Source: Octopus sinensis (lineage: Eukaryota). From it: a stretch of 64,000 bases of DNA. The stretch covers positions 136,028,001 through 136,092,000 of the forward strand of contig NC_042997.1 of the NCBI RefSeq assembly GCF_006345805.1. Reading direction: 5' to 3'. A model generated the notes under the pieces. It had not been told where the DNA came from, did no database searches, and was given only the letters and a program-made list of their open reading frames with translations. This document shows positions 1 to 12,452 of this stretch, piece by piece (the stretch's first letter is position 1; each line of letters starts with the position of its first letter). The position numbers and the translations under genes were made by a program.

Positions 1-3000
1 CTGACATAGTTAATAGGGAACCACTACCAAAGTTTTCAAATGGCACAAGAAATAACAACACAATCATGACATATAACGTTGCCCTAGGACAGATCTTAAG
101 AAATAAGGGGAATGATTTGACAACCTTAAATAATCTCATTTATTCCACTGCTAAAGTAGTAACTACCCAACTAGGTATTAAGATGACAAAGAAAAAGGCC
201 AGGCATGTCGATGAACCTCCTAAGTGGAAAGTAGCGATACAAAAAGAGATTGAATCTCTGCGGGCGGATGTTTCAGTTCTCGATGAGCTTGCTAGAGGAG
301 TGAATATTAAGCCGAGAAAAGCTAGAAAAATCAAGCAAAATATAAAATCAAAGATCTCATAAACCTCCCTGCAACTAAGGAACTGTTGAAACAACGGATA
401 CAGTTGAAAGCTCAACGGCTTAGAAGGTATGACAAAAGAAACAAATTTTATCGACAAAATAAATTTTTTAAGACAGATGCAAAGAAATTTTATAGGGAAA
501 TTGGCAAAAATAAAATACACATAGAAGATCCACCTAAGACTGAGGAAGTGGAGGAGTTCTGAAAGAAGGTATGGAGCAACGAAAAAGAGTTTAATGCTGA
601 GGCTGACTGGATAGAACGTGAGAAAGAGAGACTGGATGAACTTGAAGAACAGAAATGGGAAGCAATAGGAATAGAGGAGCTAAGGTGTGTCCTTAGGAAG
701 GCTCATAAATGGAAAACCCCAGGACTGGATCGGATCCCTAACTTCTGGCTGAATTGTTTGACAGAGGTACACGAACATCTCGCTGCATCTCTGTCTGATG
801 TCATTCAGAACCCAGAGCAAATACCTGCTTGGCTGACTGAAGGAACCACCTACCTATTACCTAAAACCGAAGACACAAAAAACCCAAAGAATTACCGGCC
901 AATAACATGTCTCAACACCACCTACAAAATCCTCACATCCATAATAACGGAGAGAATGTACGCTTTCCTTGAACAAAATTCTATCCTTCCACAAGCTCAA
1001 AAAGGTTGTAAAAGAAACTCTTATGGGTGCAAAGATCAATTACTCATAAACAGAATGATTGTAGAGAATTGCCGGAGCAAAAACAAAAACCTGAGTATGG
1101 CATGGATAGACTACAGGAAAGCGTATGACAGTGTCCCACATAAATGGATACTCAAGGCCCTTGAGATATACAAGATCTCTCCTGTCGTCTCAAAATTCTT
1201 AGAGAATAGCATGACCATGTGGAACACACGTCTCTTTCTAAGCCATAGTAATGGGATGAGCCAGTCCAACAGCATCAACATCAAACGAGGCATCTTTCAA
1301 GGTGACTCCCTCTCTCCATTACTTTTTTGCATGGCACTGACCCCACTCTCAAACGAATTGGATAGTACCAGATATGGGTACAAAGTTTTTAGTAAGTTAA
1401 TAAACCACCTTTTCTATATGGACGACCTAAAGCTGTTTGCCAGGAATGACCAAGAGCTAGAAGGGCTGCTAACAACTGTTAAAGAGTTTAGCAATGATAT
1501 CGGAATGGATTTTGGCCTTGATAAGTGTGCTAAAGCAACTTTTGTAAGAGGCAAGCTCAGGCAAACAGCTTCTGTTGAATTAGATATTGACACTACCATC
1601 AAGGAACTTGACCCACAAGAAAGTTACAAATACCTAGGAATCAACGAAGGAGATGGTATACACCATGCTACTATGAAGGAAAAAATAAGAAAGGAATACT
1701 ATAGGAGAATAAGGCTTGTACTGAAGACTGAACTCAACTCCAAAAATTGCATTGAGGCCATTAACATCCTGGCACTTCCAGTAGTCCAGTACAGTTTTAA
1801 CATCATTAACTGGAACCTTACGGAACTCCAACGCTTGGACAGGAAGACAAGAAAGTTACTGACATCCAAGAGCATGCACCACCCTAAGGCAGATGTAGAC
1901 CGCTTGTACCTACCTAGAAGCAGCGGGGGGAGAGGAATGATGCAATTAGAGCTGTGCTATAAGACCTCTACTGTAGGAATGAACAGGTACCTATCTAGTA
2001 CAAAGGACTGGATGCTGCGACTTGTGTGCGAACACGAAAGCAGCAAAAAGCTGCATTCTATTGTCAAGGAAGCTTATAAGTTCGAAAGGGAACTAGACAT
2101 TAACCTTGAATCAGATGAAGAGTCGGAAACCACTGCTACCAAGCAAGCAAAGCGAACCAAGTAGACTGCAAAAAAGAACGGGCAGAATCAAATTGAGAGG
2201 CGGTGGAGCCAGAAGCCCCTGCATGGACAATATATTCTCCGAAGCCAAAATGCTGATGTAGACCAAGCAACAACCCATCAGTGGCTGAAGAGTTCTGGAT
2301 TGAAAGCAGAGACTGAAGGCTTCATAATGGCAGCACAAGATCAAAGCTTGTTTACCAGAAATTACCAGGCTAACGTTCTCCGAAACGGTACTGACCCTAA
2401 ATGCAGATTCTGTGACACATTTGACGAAACAATAGACCATCTCGTTTCGGGATGTCCTGTGCTGACACCAAACGAATACAAAAATCGCCACGATAGGGTA
2501 GGACAGTATATACATTGGAAGATATGTAAACACTACAAATCCGACACACCTGCTAACTGGTATGAACACCATCCTCAGCCAGTTGTTGAAGGTAAAGATG
2601 TCACCATCCTCTGGGATTTTCCAGTCAACACTGACAGAACAATCAAGGCTAATCGACCAGACATAATTGTTAAAGACAGGGAAGAAAATACCTGCAGACT
2701 AATAGAAGTAAGCGTCCCCACTGATAAAAATGTATCTGTAAAGGAATTTGACAAACTTAGTAAATATAAGGACCTGGAAATCGAAATACAGAGGATGTGG
2801 AATCTTAAAACAAAAACTGTTCCTGTTATTGTGGGTGCCCTAGGTATGATAAAAAAGGGATGTCAGAAACACCTAGACAATATCCCTGGAAAACCATGTC
2901 TCAAGGAAATCCAAAAGATTGTGCTAACAAGTACTGCCCACATCCTTAGAAAAACCCTATCAATGTAAATGTTTGTGTTTACATTACATGGAGATATATC

Positions 3001-3122
3001 TCTACTTCCCCTCCCCAAGCTTTCAGCTATATTTCAACAACTCTTAACCTTCACTTGCCCTAGGGCGCTGGGTGTGCCCCGGCAGGTGATTGCATCAAAC
3101 ATGCAGATTAAAAGTAAATGAC
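1..3122 (+). mobile_element. R4/Dong-clade non-LTR retrotransposon (RLE type), copy 1; 5' end lies outside the window
   Basis: RT motifs YRPITCL, QKGC, WIDYRKAYDSV, RGIFQGDSLSP and YMDDLKL in ORF 758-2164. CCHC knuckle CRFC-x8-H-x4-C and RLE motifs RHD / WDF / RPDIIV..LIEVSVP..KY in 2300-2968. A ~150-bp 3'UTR abuts (TAA)n, the known Dong target and tail. Confidence 0.95.
66..2968 (+). pseudogene. Disrupted RT-RLE polyprotein ORF of Dong copy 1
   Basis: Frameshift near 345-365, then one frame to 2968 broken only by TGA at 560-562 (a Trp position) and TAG at 2162-2164. ORFs 758 and 2300 are in the same frame. Confidence 0.9.
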
Positions 3123-3169
3123 AATAATAATAATAATAATAATGATGATGATAATTATAATAATGATAC

Positions 3170-3243
<74 letters not shown>
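3123..3243 (+). repeat. (TAA)n microsatellite, tail or target of Dong copy 1
   Basis: About 40 TAA-type units, with a few GAT/ACT variants, directly after the 3'UTR. Confidence 0.95.
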
Positions 3244-3285
3244 GCATTGTTTATACCAAGACAAAACAATGTTTTGTCTTTGTAT

Positions 3286-3565
3286 AAGAGATGGGCTAAA
3301 GCAAATATTCTGCTCGATACCACAGATTTGTTTGTCAGTTGCTAGACCTTAACTAGCTGAGCACTTCCATTAGCGGCTGATGATATGTGTCTGATCACGA
3401 GCAGAGGTAGTGGGGGAGCCATGTGTTGAGAGGAATTCTTTAGGGCTTGTATCATTCGCGTCTAGAAACATGGCTGTTTTGTTCATCATCCTTAAACAAA
3501 CCTTATTCAGGGACCTTTTGAACAGGATGGCCTACTGAGCCCGAAGAAAATTCTAACTGGACCAC
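3286..3565. repeat. Unclassified interspersed repeat fragment
   Basis: Complex sequence between two (TAA)n tracts with no ORF. It looks like a dispersed repeat, but the family is not identified. Confidence 0.3.
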
Positions 3566-3580
3566 ATCAGAAAGATCATT

Positions 3581-3638
<58 letters not shown>

Positions 3639-3640
3639 TA

Positions 3641-3871
3641 TATTTCTTTACTGCCTACAAGGGGCTAAACATAGAGGGGACAAACAAGGACAAACAAACG
3701 GATTAAGTTGATTATATCGACCCCAGTGCGTAACTGGTACTTATTTAATCGACCTCGAAAGGATGAAAAGCAAAGTCGACCTCGGCAGATTTTGAACTCA
3801 GAACGTAACGACAGACGAAATACCACTAAGCATTTTGCTCAGCGTGCTAACGTTTCTGCCAGCTCGCCGCC
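3641..3871 (-). mobile_element. tRNA-type SINE family A, variant with a Tx1-like 3' tail
   Basis: The reverse complement starts GGCGGCGAGCTGGCAGAAACGTTAGCAC, has B-box-like GAGTTCAAAAT, and ends TAGCCCCTTGTAGGCAGTAAAGAAATA followed by (TA)/(TTA)n. Confidence 0.8.
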
Positions 3872-3949
3872 TTATAATAGTATTAATGATGATGATAATG
3901 ATGATGATGATGAGGAGGAGGAGGAGGTGGAGGAGCAGCAGCAGCAGCA

Positions 3950-4160
3950 GCTTGCAGAATCGTTAACACGCCGGGTAAAATGCGTAGCCGCATTTCGTCC
4001 GTCCTCACGTTTTGAGTTCTAATCCCACTGATGTCGACTTTGCCTTTCATTCATCCCTTCAGGGTCGATAAAACAAGTACCAGTTGAGTACAGGGGTCAA
4101 TGTAATTAACTGTCCTCCTCCCCTAAATGTCAGGCCTTGTGACTTTAATAGAGAAAGGAT
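3950..4160 (+). mobile_element. SINE family A
   Basis: GCAGAATCGTTAAC...TTTGAGTTCTAATCCC...GTCGACTTTGCCTTTCAT...CAGGCCTTGTG...GAAAGGAT plus an (ATT)n tail. Homologous to the copies at 5259, 20221, 31361 and 31586. Confidence 0.8.
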
Positions 4161-4791
4161 AATTATTATTATTATTATTATCCTCATCATCATCGTCGTT
4201 CGTCATCGTCGTTGTTGTTATTGTTGTCGCTGTTGCCACTCCTGCTGCTGCTGTTGTGGCCGGAAGAACACTGTGTAAAATGATATGATATAATATATAC
4301 TACATGCTATCCTGTGGATTCAGTAGATTGGTTCAAGTGTTGATACACAATTCGCATCTACTTCAAGTATATGATAATGTAAACTTAACGCGATGTACGG
4401 TATGCCATTGCAATGAATATTATAAAAACAAGAAAACTGAATGGATAATAAAAACCTATTGAAAATACCATAATCTGCTAAGTAAAACAATGCACAGCAC
4501 TGCTAAATCACAATGTGAGTGTAGGTGGGGAGGTGTTTGTGTGCGTATACACACATATAGATATACTGAAAATGAGAACAAAAACGAAAAACAAGTCCTT
4601 AACTCCTGGACGCTCGCCATCAAAATAAAGCAAACCAGCACTACCAATTATAATTCAACGTGCACACAAAGCGACAAGTTCTCCCTCATATATATGCACG
4701 AACTAAAATAACTATATGTGTAACTGTATCTATATATATTATTGTGTGAGTATATAAATATGTGTGTATGTGTGAGTAGATACACACACAC

Positions 4792-4826
<35 letters not shown>

Positions 4827-5258
4827 ATGTATGTATATATGTATATATGTATGTACATATGTATATATGTTTGTATATATGTATTATGTATGTATGTATG
4901 TATGTATGTATGTATGTATGTATGTATGTATGTATGTATATTATCCGTGAGGGAATAATTTGTTGTTCAGGAGGACGAAGAGAATCAATGTGAGTAAATA
5001 TGTATATCTTGTTTACCTGTTATAAGTGTTTATATGTATGTGAGTTTGCGTGTGTATGTGCTTTGAACAGGTAATGAATATTAATGAAACGTCTAATGAA
5101 AATTTATAAAACGAATTATATGTGTGCAAAGTATGTGTGTATGTGTACCTATGCGTGTGCGTGAGTGTGCTCATGAGTGTGTGTGTTTTGTTCGTGCCTC
5201 ATTATATTCGAGCCTTGGAAAATATCAACCATAAGATTAATATTTCTAAAGTACCTCA

Positions 5259-5431
5259 GGCGGCGAGCTGGCAGAATCATTAGCACACCGAGCAATATTC
5301 TTCGCAGCATATCGCCAGTCTTCTCGCTCTGAGTTCTAATTCCGCCGATGTTGACTTTGAGTAGATAAAATAAGTAACAGCTGAATACTTAGGTCGATGG
5401 CATCGACTTACTGTGCCAAAATTTAAAAACC
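5259..5431 (+). mobile_element. SINE family A, internally deleted
   Basis: GGCGGCGAGCTGGCAGAATCATTAGCAC head, GAGTTCTAATTCCGCCG, and a shortened body. Confidence 0.75.
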
Positions 5432-6216
5432 AACAATTCTAAAGTAACTTTGTGTCAATTTCTACCAGTTTAAAGGCAATCTTTGAAATACACAAAAACT
5501 TTCAATGTGAATATTGCTTATGGGTATATTTTTGTGTGAGAGATTCCCCAGTTTCAAAACACAATCATCTTGTGAACGAAAAGAGAATTTAGGTGTTATT
5601 CATTAGACAACATTGTTTTGTCACAATTTCGATAAGAATTACTTGAGAAATAATGAATATTTGTAGACTTTTAATTTGTCATAATTACAATAAAAATTAC
5701 TTGAGAATATGCATTTATATACTTTTGTTTTAAAACGAGATAAAGTTTTAAAACATATCCTATTTAGTTAGTACGAGCTACATTCACAGACAAGGAGGCA
5801 GATTGCCAATGAGCAAATGAAAGAGACCGTAATTTTTACAAGTGGTAGCCAAATATTTGCTCATTATATATTTCACTAACCTATTTGATTGTCGCATGCT
5901 TGATTGACTTCCCTCTCGCCTTAAACAACGATATAATGTTTTTTTAATGAAAGTTTTCTTAACAATCAAACTTAGTTTGCATATTAGAGAATAAGATAAA
6001 GAACATTAGCAAAAGTTTACAAGATATAAAACAGCAATCGATGCAAAGATCTATGCAACCTTAACAAAAGGAAGCAATTATTTAAATCTTTTATTAAGTG
6101 AAATTTAGTGCCAACAAATTGTTACTTGATATACACACACACACACACACACACACGTGCTATTAAGTTAGACATGGCCTGGGCCAATAATGGCCGAAAC
6201 CTATCAAAGTATCAAA

Positions 6217-6283
<67 letters not shown>

Positions 6284-6700
6284 GTGTGTGTGTGTGTGTG
6301 TGTATGTATGTATATATATGTATATATACCAATTAAGTTAGGGGTTGTGGATCCAACCCACTAAGGGATAATACTTATCCAATATACTGTTGGTATAATA
6401 CCCAAATTATTAATACACAACTGTTTTTAATTGCAATGCAATAAACTTACTTATTGTATTAAATGGGTGAAGGTAAATAAATATTTTACCAATAACTTAT
6501 ATTACAAATAAGAAAATGGAGAAACACATTAGTTGGTTTATCAGCTTTAGGATATTAGAACGTTGACTTAATTTATCAAAGCGACAACCATAATAACAAA
6601 CATATATACCAGTATAAAATACCATACATATAAGATAAGAATACAAATAGTTATTAAAAAACCTTAATATAAATTGTTATATGTATATATATATATATAT

Positions 6701-6760
<60 letters not shown>

Positions 6761-7063
6761 AGATAATTGTACAAAAGCTTATGTGCCAAATACGTCCTAC
6801 CACTTCAAATATTCACTCCAGAAATAATTACACGAGTTGGAAGTAGGAAAGCAGACTGGCTAAAAATTCATAAAATATTTCAATTAATTTTTTATTGATC
6901 AACTTCTGGGTTAGTTTAGTAACTTTTCTTTCGTCAGCAAAACAAACTGGACGAAATGAATGAAAATATCTCTAAATACCCGCAGAAGAGCATACGCAAA
7001 ATGCAAGTACATATAAATATCCACAAATATTTGCGCACCTCAACACACGGGTCAGTATAGTAC

Positions 7064-7311
7064 AGAGGTATGCTGGCAACAGATAAAATTCATTAACGTT
7101 AATGTTTTATCCTCTAATTATGTTTTAAATATAACTCATGTGTACGTAATTATTCACGCACACACACACTCACGCACGCACGCACACACACATAATCACA
7201 CATAAACACACATACATACATACATACATACATACATACATACATACATACATACATACATACATACATACACACACACATACATATCAAAAGGCTTTTG
7301 AGCATTTTTGG
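7064..7311 (+). repeat. ~245-bp direct repeat, copy 1 (copy 2 at 9208-9451)
   Basis: AGAGGTATGCTGGC...ATAAAATTCATTAA...TTATCCTCTAATTATGTTTTAAATATAAC...(TACA)n...GAGCATTTTTGG occurs at both loci. Confidence 0.85.
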
Positions 7312-7779
7312 TAAAAATTCACATAACCTGGTTGGTAAACATATAAAATCAATATTTAATATGATTAATGCGATGCGGAATAAATTATTGGTAAATTTAA
7401 TTGACGGTTGATTGGTAACAAATAGATCTTTCTTCATATATACTTTTGATAAGCACTATACTTTTATAAACATGTTTTAGATGTTAATATTGAGAATCTG
7501 AAAGTATAAGATGGTTAAACGACACACATATATAGATGCAATACAGGGAACACATGAAATTATCGTAAGCTAGTGAGAAAGAACAGGTTTCATTAAGCGG
7601 TGCAGTCAACAGTTCGATGACTGATTTGGTGTTTTTTTTTGTTTTATTTCTTGTTTCTTGTCGGAGAATGAAATTAGATGACTTCATTTTCAATTTAACT
7701 TAATGAATGGTAAATTATATATTTTTAACAACTTCTAAATCTCTAAAGATTTTTTGTCTTTCGCAGAACTTATATATAT

Positions 7780-7960
7780 AAAGGGAAAGTTTACGAAAAT
7801 AAACAAAAGACGAAGGCAGATGATGTACAAACAAACAAATGTATTAGTATAGCGCTCAGGAATAGAAAAAGTCTTTATACGTTTCGAACGTACGCTCTTC
7901 TACAGTAAGATACACAGAAAAAAACAAGGAGAGAAACAAGGAGAGAAAAAAATGTGTGTA
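7780..7960 (-). mobile_element. Putative solo Penelope-like terminal (pLTR) fragment with a degenerate hammerhead motif
   Basis: Minus strand reads CTTA-CTGTAGA-AGAGCGTACGTTC-GAAA-CG-TA-TAAAG (7873-7910) inside a pyrimidine-rich tract that ends at TA repeats. Same layout as 33660-33840. Confidence 0.45.
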
Positions 7961-8375
7961 GTAACTAATGTTCTATCATGGCGTCTGGCTATGCATATAT
8001 GGGTACAGGATGTCACCATGTGTGTAAACAGCATGAAATACGTAGACACAGAGAAACGACACTTCATCAATTGTCGGATATCTACTCCTCATTTCGAGCA
8101 TTCAATAATATGGGTCTTCAAAGACAGTTGATCCCATAAATTCTAAAATAAGATTTAGGATTTATGGAGGGTCAAAGTTTGGAAAAACAGGACAGTGGAG
8201 ACTTACAAGGAAACTGAACGAAAACAAATACGGAGGGTCTTTAGACCAGAATCTGAGAAAAGTAGTGAACGCTGGGAGAAATATTTTCTTTGAAAAGAGA
8301 AAATATAGAAGAGAGAAAAACCGTCTAGTCCTTTGGGCGTGCATGCAAGAAAAGAAAGATGGTCACGTGAGGAAA

Positions 8376-8435
<60 letters not shown>

Positions 8436-8623
8436 ATCAACGTACCTTCCCGAGCCATACTCTCATACAGACGATTGCAGGAATATTCATTTTTTCCAGC
8501 TCTCTGGATTAGAGAACGCGAAGAGAAATGTTTTGCTGAAGAACAGAGCATCGCTCGCTGCCAGAAAGAAACCACAACCTTACGGTCTTGAATGCAACAC
8601 CATAACCAGTAAGCCACGTGCCT

Positions 8624-8658
<35 letters not shown>

Positions 8659-8719
8659 TAAAAATTGTAAGACATCAAAAGAATGAAAGAGACTTCGATA
8701 TTATGTAAATAGAGGAATT

Positions 8720-8816
8720 TATCTGTAAATGTGATACGTGACAATTATTCGGTAGCCATGATAAAACACGGATTTTTATCATGGCTACCGAATAATTGTC
8801 ACATATACATTTACAG

Positions 8817-8819
<3 letters not shown>
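8720..8819. repeat. Hairpin with a perfect 29-bp stem
   Basis: 8738-8766 is the reverse complement of 8774-8802, with a 7-nt loop. An outer imperfect stem TATCTGTAAATGT / ACATTTACAGATA extends it. Confidence 0.9.
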
Positions 8820-8902
<83 letters not shown>

Positions 8903-9076
8903 ACATATATATATGTATACATATATATATATATGTAAATGTAAAAAATACAAACTGGGACAAAAACGTGAAACATTTAGAAGACGATGCAAGAAACACG
9001 GACGGGACATTCGAAGCCTTCAATCTTCAGTCAAGAACCGGAACATCTTCGCAATTTCGGCTGATTAATCTTGAGA

Positions 9077-9122
<46 letters not shown>

Positions 9123-9207
9123 AACAAACACACACACACACATATATATATAAGTATAAGTATGTATAGTTTAGGGCAATCAGTAAGTTGTCATAATAGA
9201 ACAGTAG

Positions 9208-9382
9208 AGAGGTATGCTGGCCACTGATAAAATTCATTAATGTTAATGTTTTATCCTCTAATTATGTTTTAAATATAACCCATTCACATATATATTATAC
9301 GTATTTATTCACACTCACACACATACACACACTGCACGCACGCACACATAAACACACACACATACATACGTACATACATACA

Positions 9383-9414
<32 letters not shown>

Positions 9415-9451
9415 CATACATACATATCAAATGGCCTTTGAGCATTTTTGG
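9208..9451 (+). repeat. ~245-bp direct repeat, copy 2
   Basis: Homologous to 7064-7311. The homology stops where Dong copy 2 appears to begin. Confidence 0.85.
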
Positions 9452-12400
9452 AAACATCTAAAAGAAAAAATACATCAGGAAAATGTAGATAGAAGCCACA
9501 CAACAATGCCCAATAATATAAACACTGAAACAGTAAAACACGAAGACAAACGTAACATTCCCAACAAACGCGATGTAAACAAAAAACAACAAACCCAGAC
9601 CGTAAGGATGCATAATAATACACGACAAACAGCAAGCCAAAACACGGCAAACAAACATATAAATAAGAAAGAAAGCGACACAAAGCTAAAACCTGGAAAC
9701 AACGAAGGGGAGCCTAATGATTATGATAATATGAAAAGTAAAATAATCAAAGAACTGAAAACCACAGAGCTCAAAATGGACCACCGACCATACATCCCCA
9801 AAAATCAAAATAGACGAAACAACAACACCAATTATAAACAACATAAACCTAGCCGTCACGGAACTAATAGCCACTGAAACAAAAAGCGATATCACTGAGC
9901 TAAATGACTTAGTATACGCAGCAGCCACTGCAGCCACAAAAGAAGCTGGATACTCACTCAAACACATCCAAACAGGAGTACTACCACCCAAACAAACCCT
10001 GTGGATAAATAACATCCAAAACAAAATACAAAAAATGAGAAAACATCTGCCGATTCTTAATGAAATCAGTAGACAATCAACGCTACTGAGCAACAAAAAG
10101 AAAACAAAAATACTCCGCAAATATACCATTACAGAAAAAGATTTACCTGAGATAAACGAAAAGCTGAAGCAAGGTATCCTTGCCAAAGCACAAAGGATCC
10201 GCCGGTACGAGAAACGCCAGCGCTTCTTTGAACAAAACAAAAGTTCAACTCCAACCCCGCAAGGTTCTACCAAGAACTTGGCAAAAATAAAATAGAAATT
10301 ACTGCAGCACCAACGGTAGAAGAAGTGGAAGAATTCTGGAGAGAAATATGGTCGGCGAACGAACAACCAAAAACAAGGAGTATTAAAACAACAAACTCAG
10401 CATCTGAGCAACTTTGGACCCCCATAAAAACTGAAGAGGTCACCCAGGCACTGCAAAGACTAAGCAACTGGAAGGCACCTGGGCATGACAAGACCCCCAA
10501 CTTCTGATTGAAATATCTAGCAGGAGTGCACAAAAAGCTGGCTGAAAACTTTAACAACATACTAGCAGAGCCAGAGACAATGCCTGAATGCCTCACGAAG
10601 GGGAAAACCATCTTAATTCCCAAATCAAATGAGACAGCAAAACCAGAAAACTACAGACCAATAACCTGTCCTCCTACAATGTACAAGGCATTTACTGCAG
10701 TGATATCGCAAAGGCTGAACAAGTACCTGGACGAAAACAACCTGTTTCCAGAAGAGCAGAAAGGATGCCGCAAAGGCTCATATGGCTGTAAAGATCAACT
10801 AATGATTAATAAAGCCATGACTGAAGACAGCCACAGATAGAAGAAAGACCTCAGTATGGCCTGGATCGACTACAAAAAGGCGTTTGATAGCATCCCCCAC
10901 ACATGGATCCTCGAAACACTAGCCATTAACAAAGTAGCACCAACAATCATAAAAGTCATAGGGCACTCCATGAATAAATGGCAAACAGTGCTACAGCTAC
11001 AAACAAAAGAGGGACTCATGAAAACCAAAGTCATCCCCATTAGAAGAGGAATATTCCAGGGAGACACGCCTTTTCTGCTTGGCACTGTCACCTCTATCTG
11101 ATATTCTAAATAGAACTAGATGCGGATATAAATGTTACGGCAAAACGATCAGCCACCTTTTATATATGGATGACCTAAAACTATACGCTGCAAATGACAA
11201 ACAGCTGGAAACACAATTAAAGACAGTTCATGCATTTACCAAAGAAATAGATATGAAATTTGGATTAGAAACATGCGCCAAAGTAACCATGAAAAGGGGA
11301 AAACTAGTTAAGAGTAGCAACATCACACTAGATAAAGCCAATGAAATAAAAGAATTAGACCAAAGCCAAACTTACAAATACTTAGGAATCCATGAACTAG
11401 ATAAGACACAACACACACAAATGAAAGAGAAAATAAAAAAAAGAATATTATAGACGAGTTAGATCAATACTAAAAACAGAGCTCAATGCCAAAAACAAGA
11501 TAATAGGTATTAACACTTTAGCTGTCCCAGTTATAAGTTACAGCTACAATATCCTTAACTGGACACTAAATGAACTGACCAAAATAGACAGGAAAACATG
11601 AAAAATAATGACAGGATCTAGGATACATCACCCAAAATCTGACATAGAAAGACTATATATACAACGTATAGAAGGTGGTAAAGGCCTTATACAGCTGGAA
11701 AACTACTATAAAATAACCACCATAGGACTGCAAAAATATCTACTTCAGAAGGAAGGAAAACTGATACAAATAGCGGCAAAACACGAGCAAGAAATATAAC
11801 AAGTAACTGCAGAATATGTGGAGATGGACAAGAAACAATAAATCATATTATCTCTAGCTGCCCAGTCCTGGCTAAGAAGAAATATATTCACAGACACGAC
11901 AGAGTTGGGACCTATATACACTGGAAAATATGCCAACATTATGGAATAACAACAGAAAAAAGATGGTATAGGCACACACCAGAAAAGGTCACAGAAAACG
12001 AGAAAGCAACCATACTCTGGGATATGCCAATACACACAGATAGAGAAATTAAGGCCAACAGACCAGATATAGTTGTCAGAGATCATGAAGAAAAAAAATG
12101 TTTTCTAATTGACGTATCAATACCAGCGGATGACAACGTGTCTGTAAAAGAAATGGAGAAACTCTCAAAATACAAAGACCTGGAAATAGAGGTAACTAGA
12201 ATGTGGAATCTAAAAACAGAAACAATTCCTATCATAATAGGTGCATTAAGCATGATAAAAAAATATTCAGACAAATACATAACAAAAACACCAGGACTTA
12301 CAAACACATATAACATACAGAAAATTGCACTACTAGGCACTACACACATTCTACGCAGAACACTTTCCATACAATAACCATCAGAGCTTCACAACAAATC

Positions 12401-12452
12401 ACAGCACATACCTAAGGCACACAGAGCTGCGCTCGGTAATGAAGTGAAAGCA
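9452..12452 (+). mobile_element. R4/Dong-clade retrotransposon, copy 2 (second family, degraded)
   Basis: Fragmented ORFs carry NWKAPGHD, YRPITC, EQKGCRKG, WIDYKKAFDS, RGIFQGD, YMDDLKL, CRICG..ETINHIISSC, RHD and RPDIVV..LIDVSIP..KY. There are many stops and frameshifts, and a deletion near 11790 between the post-RT region and the knuckle. Confidence 0.92.

Noticed and set aside
3090-3345. Poly-N/poly-I ORFs, and the many MYVC/YIYI/THTH/poly-E ORFs elsewhere
   Set aside because: These are translations of microsatellites, with no evidence of coding function.
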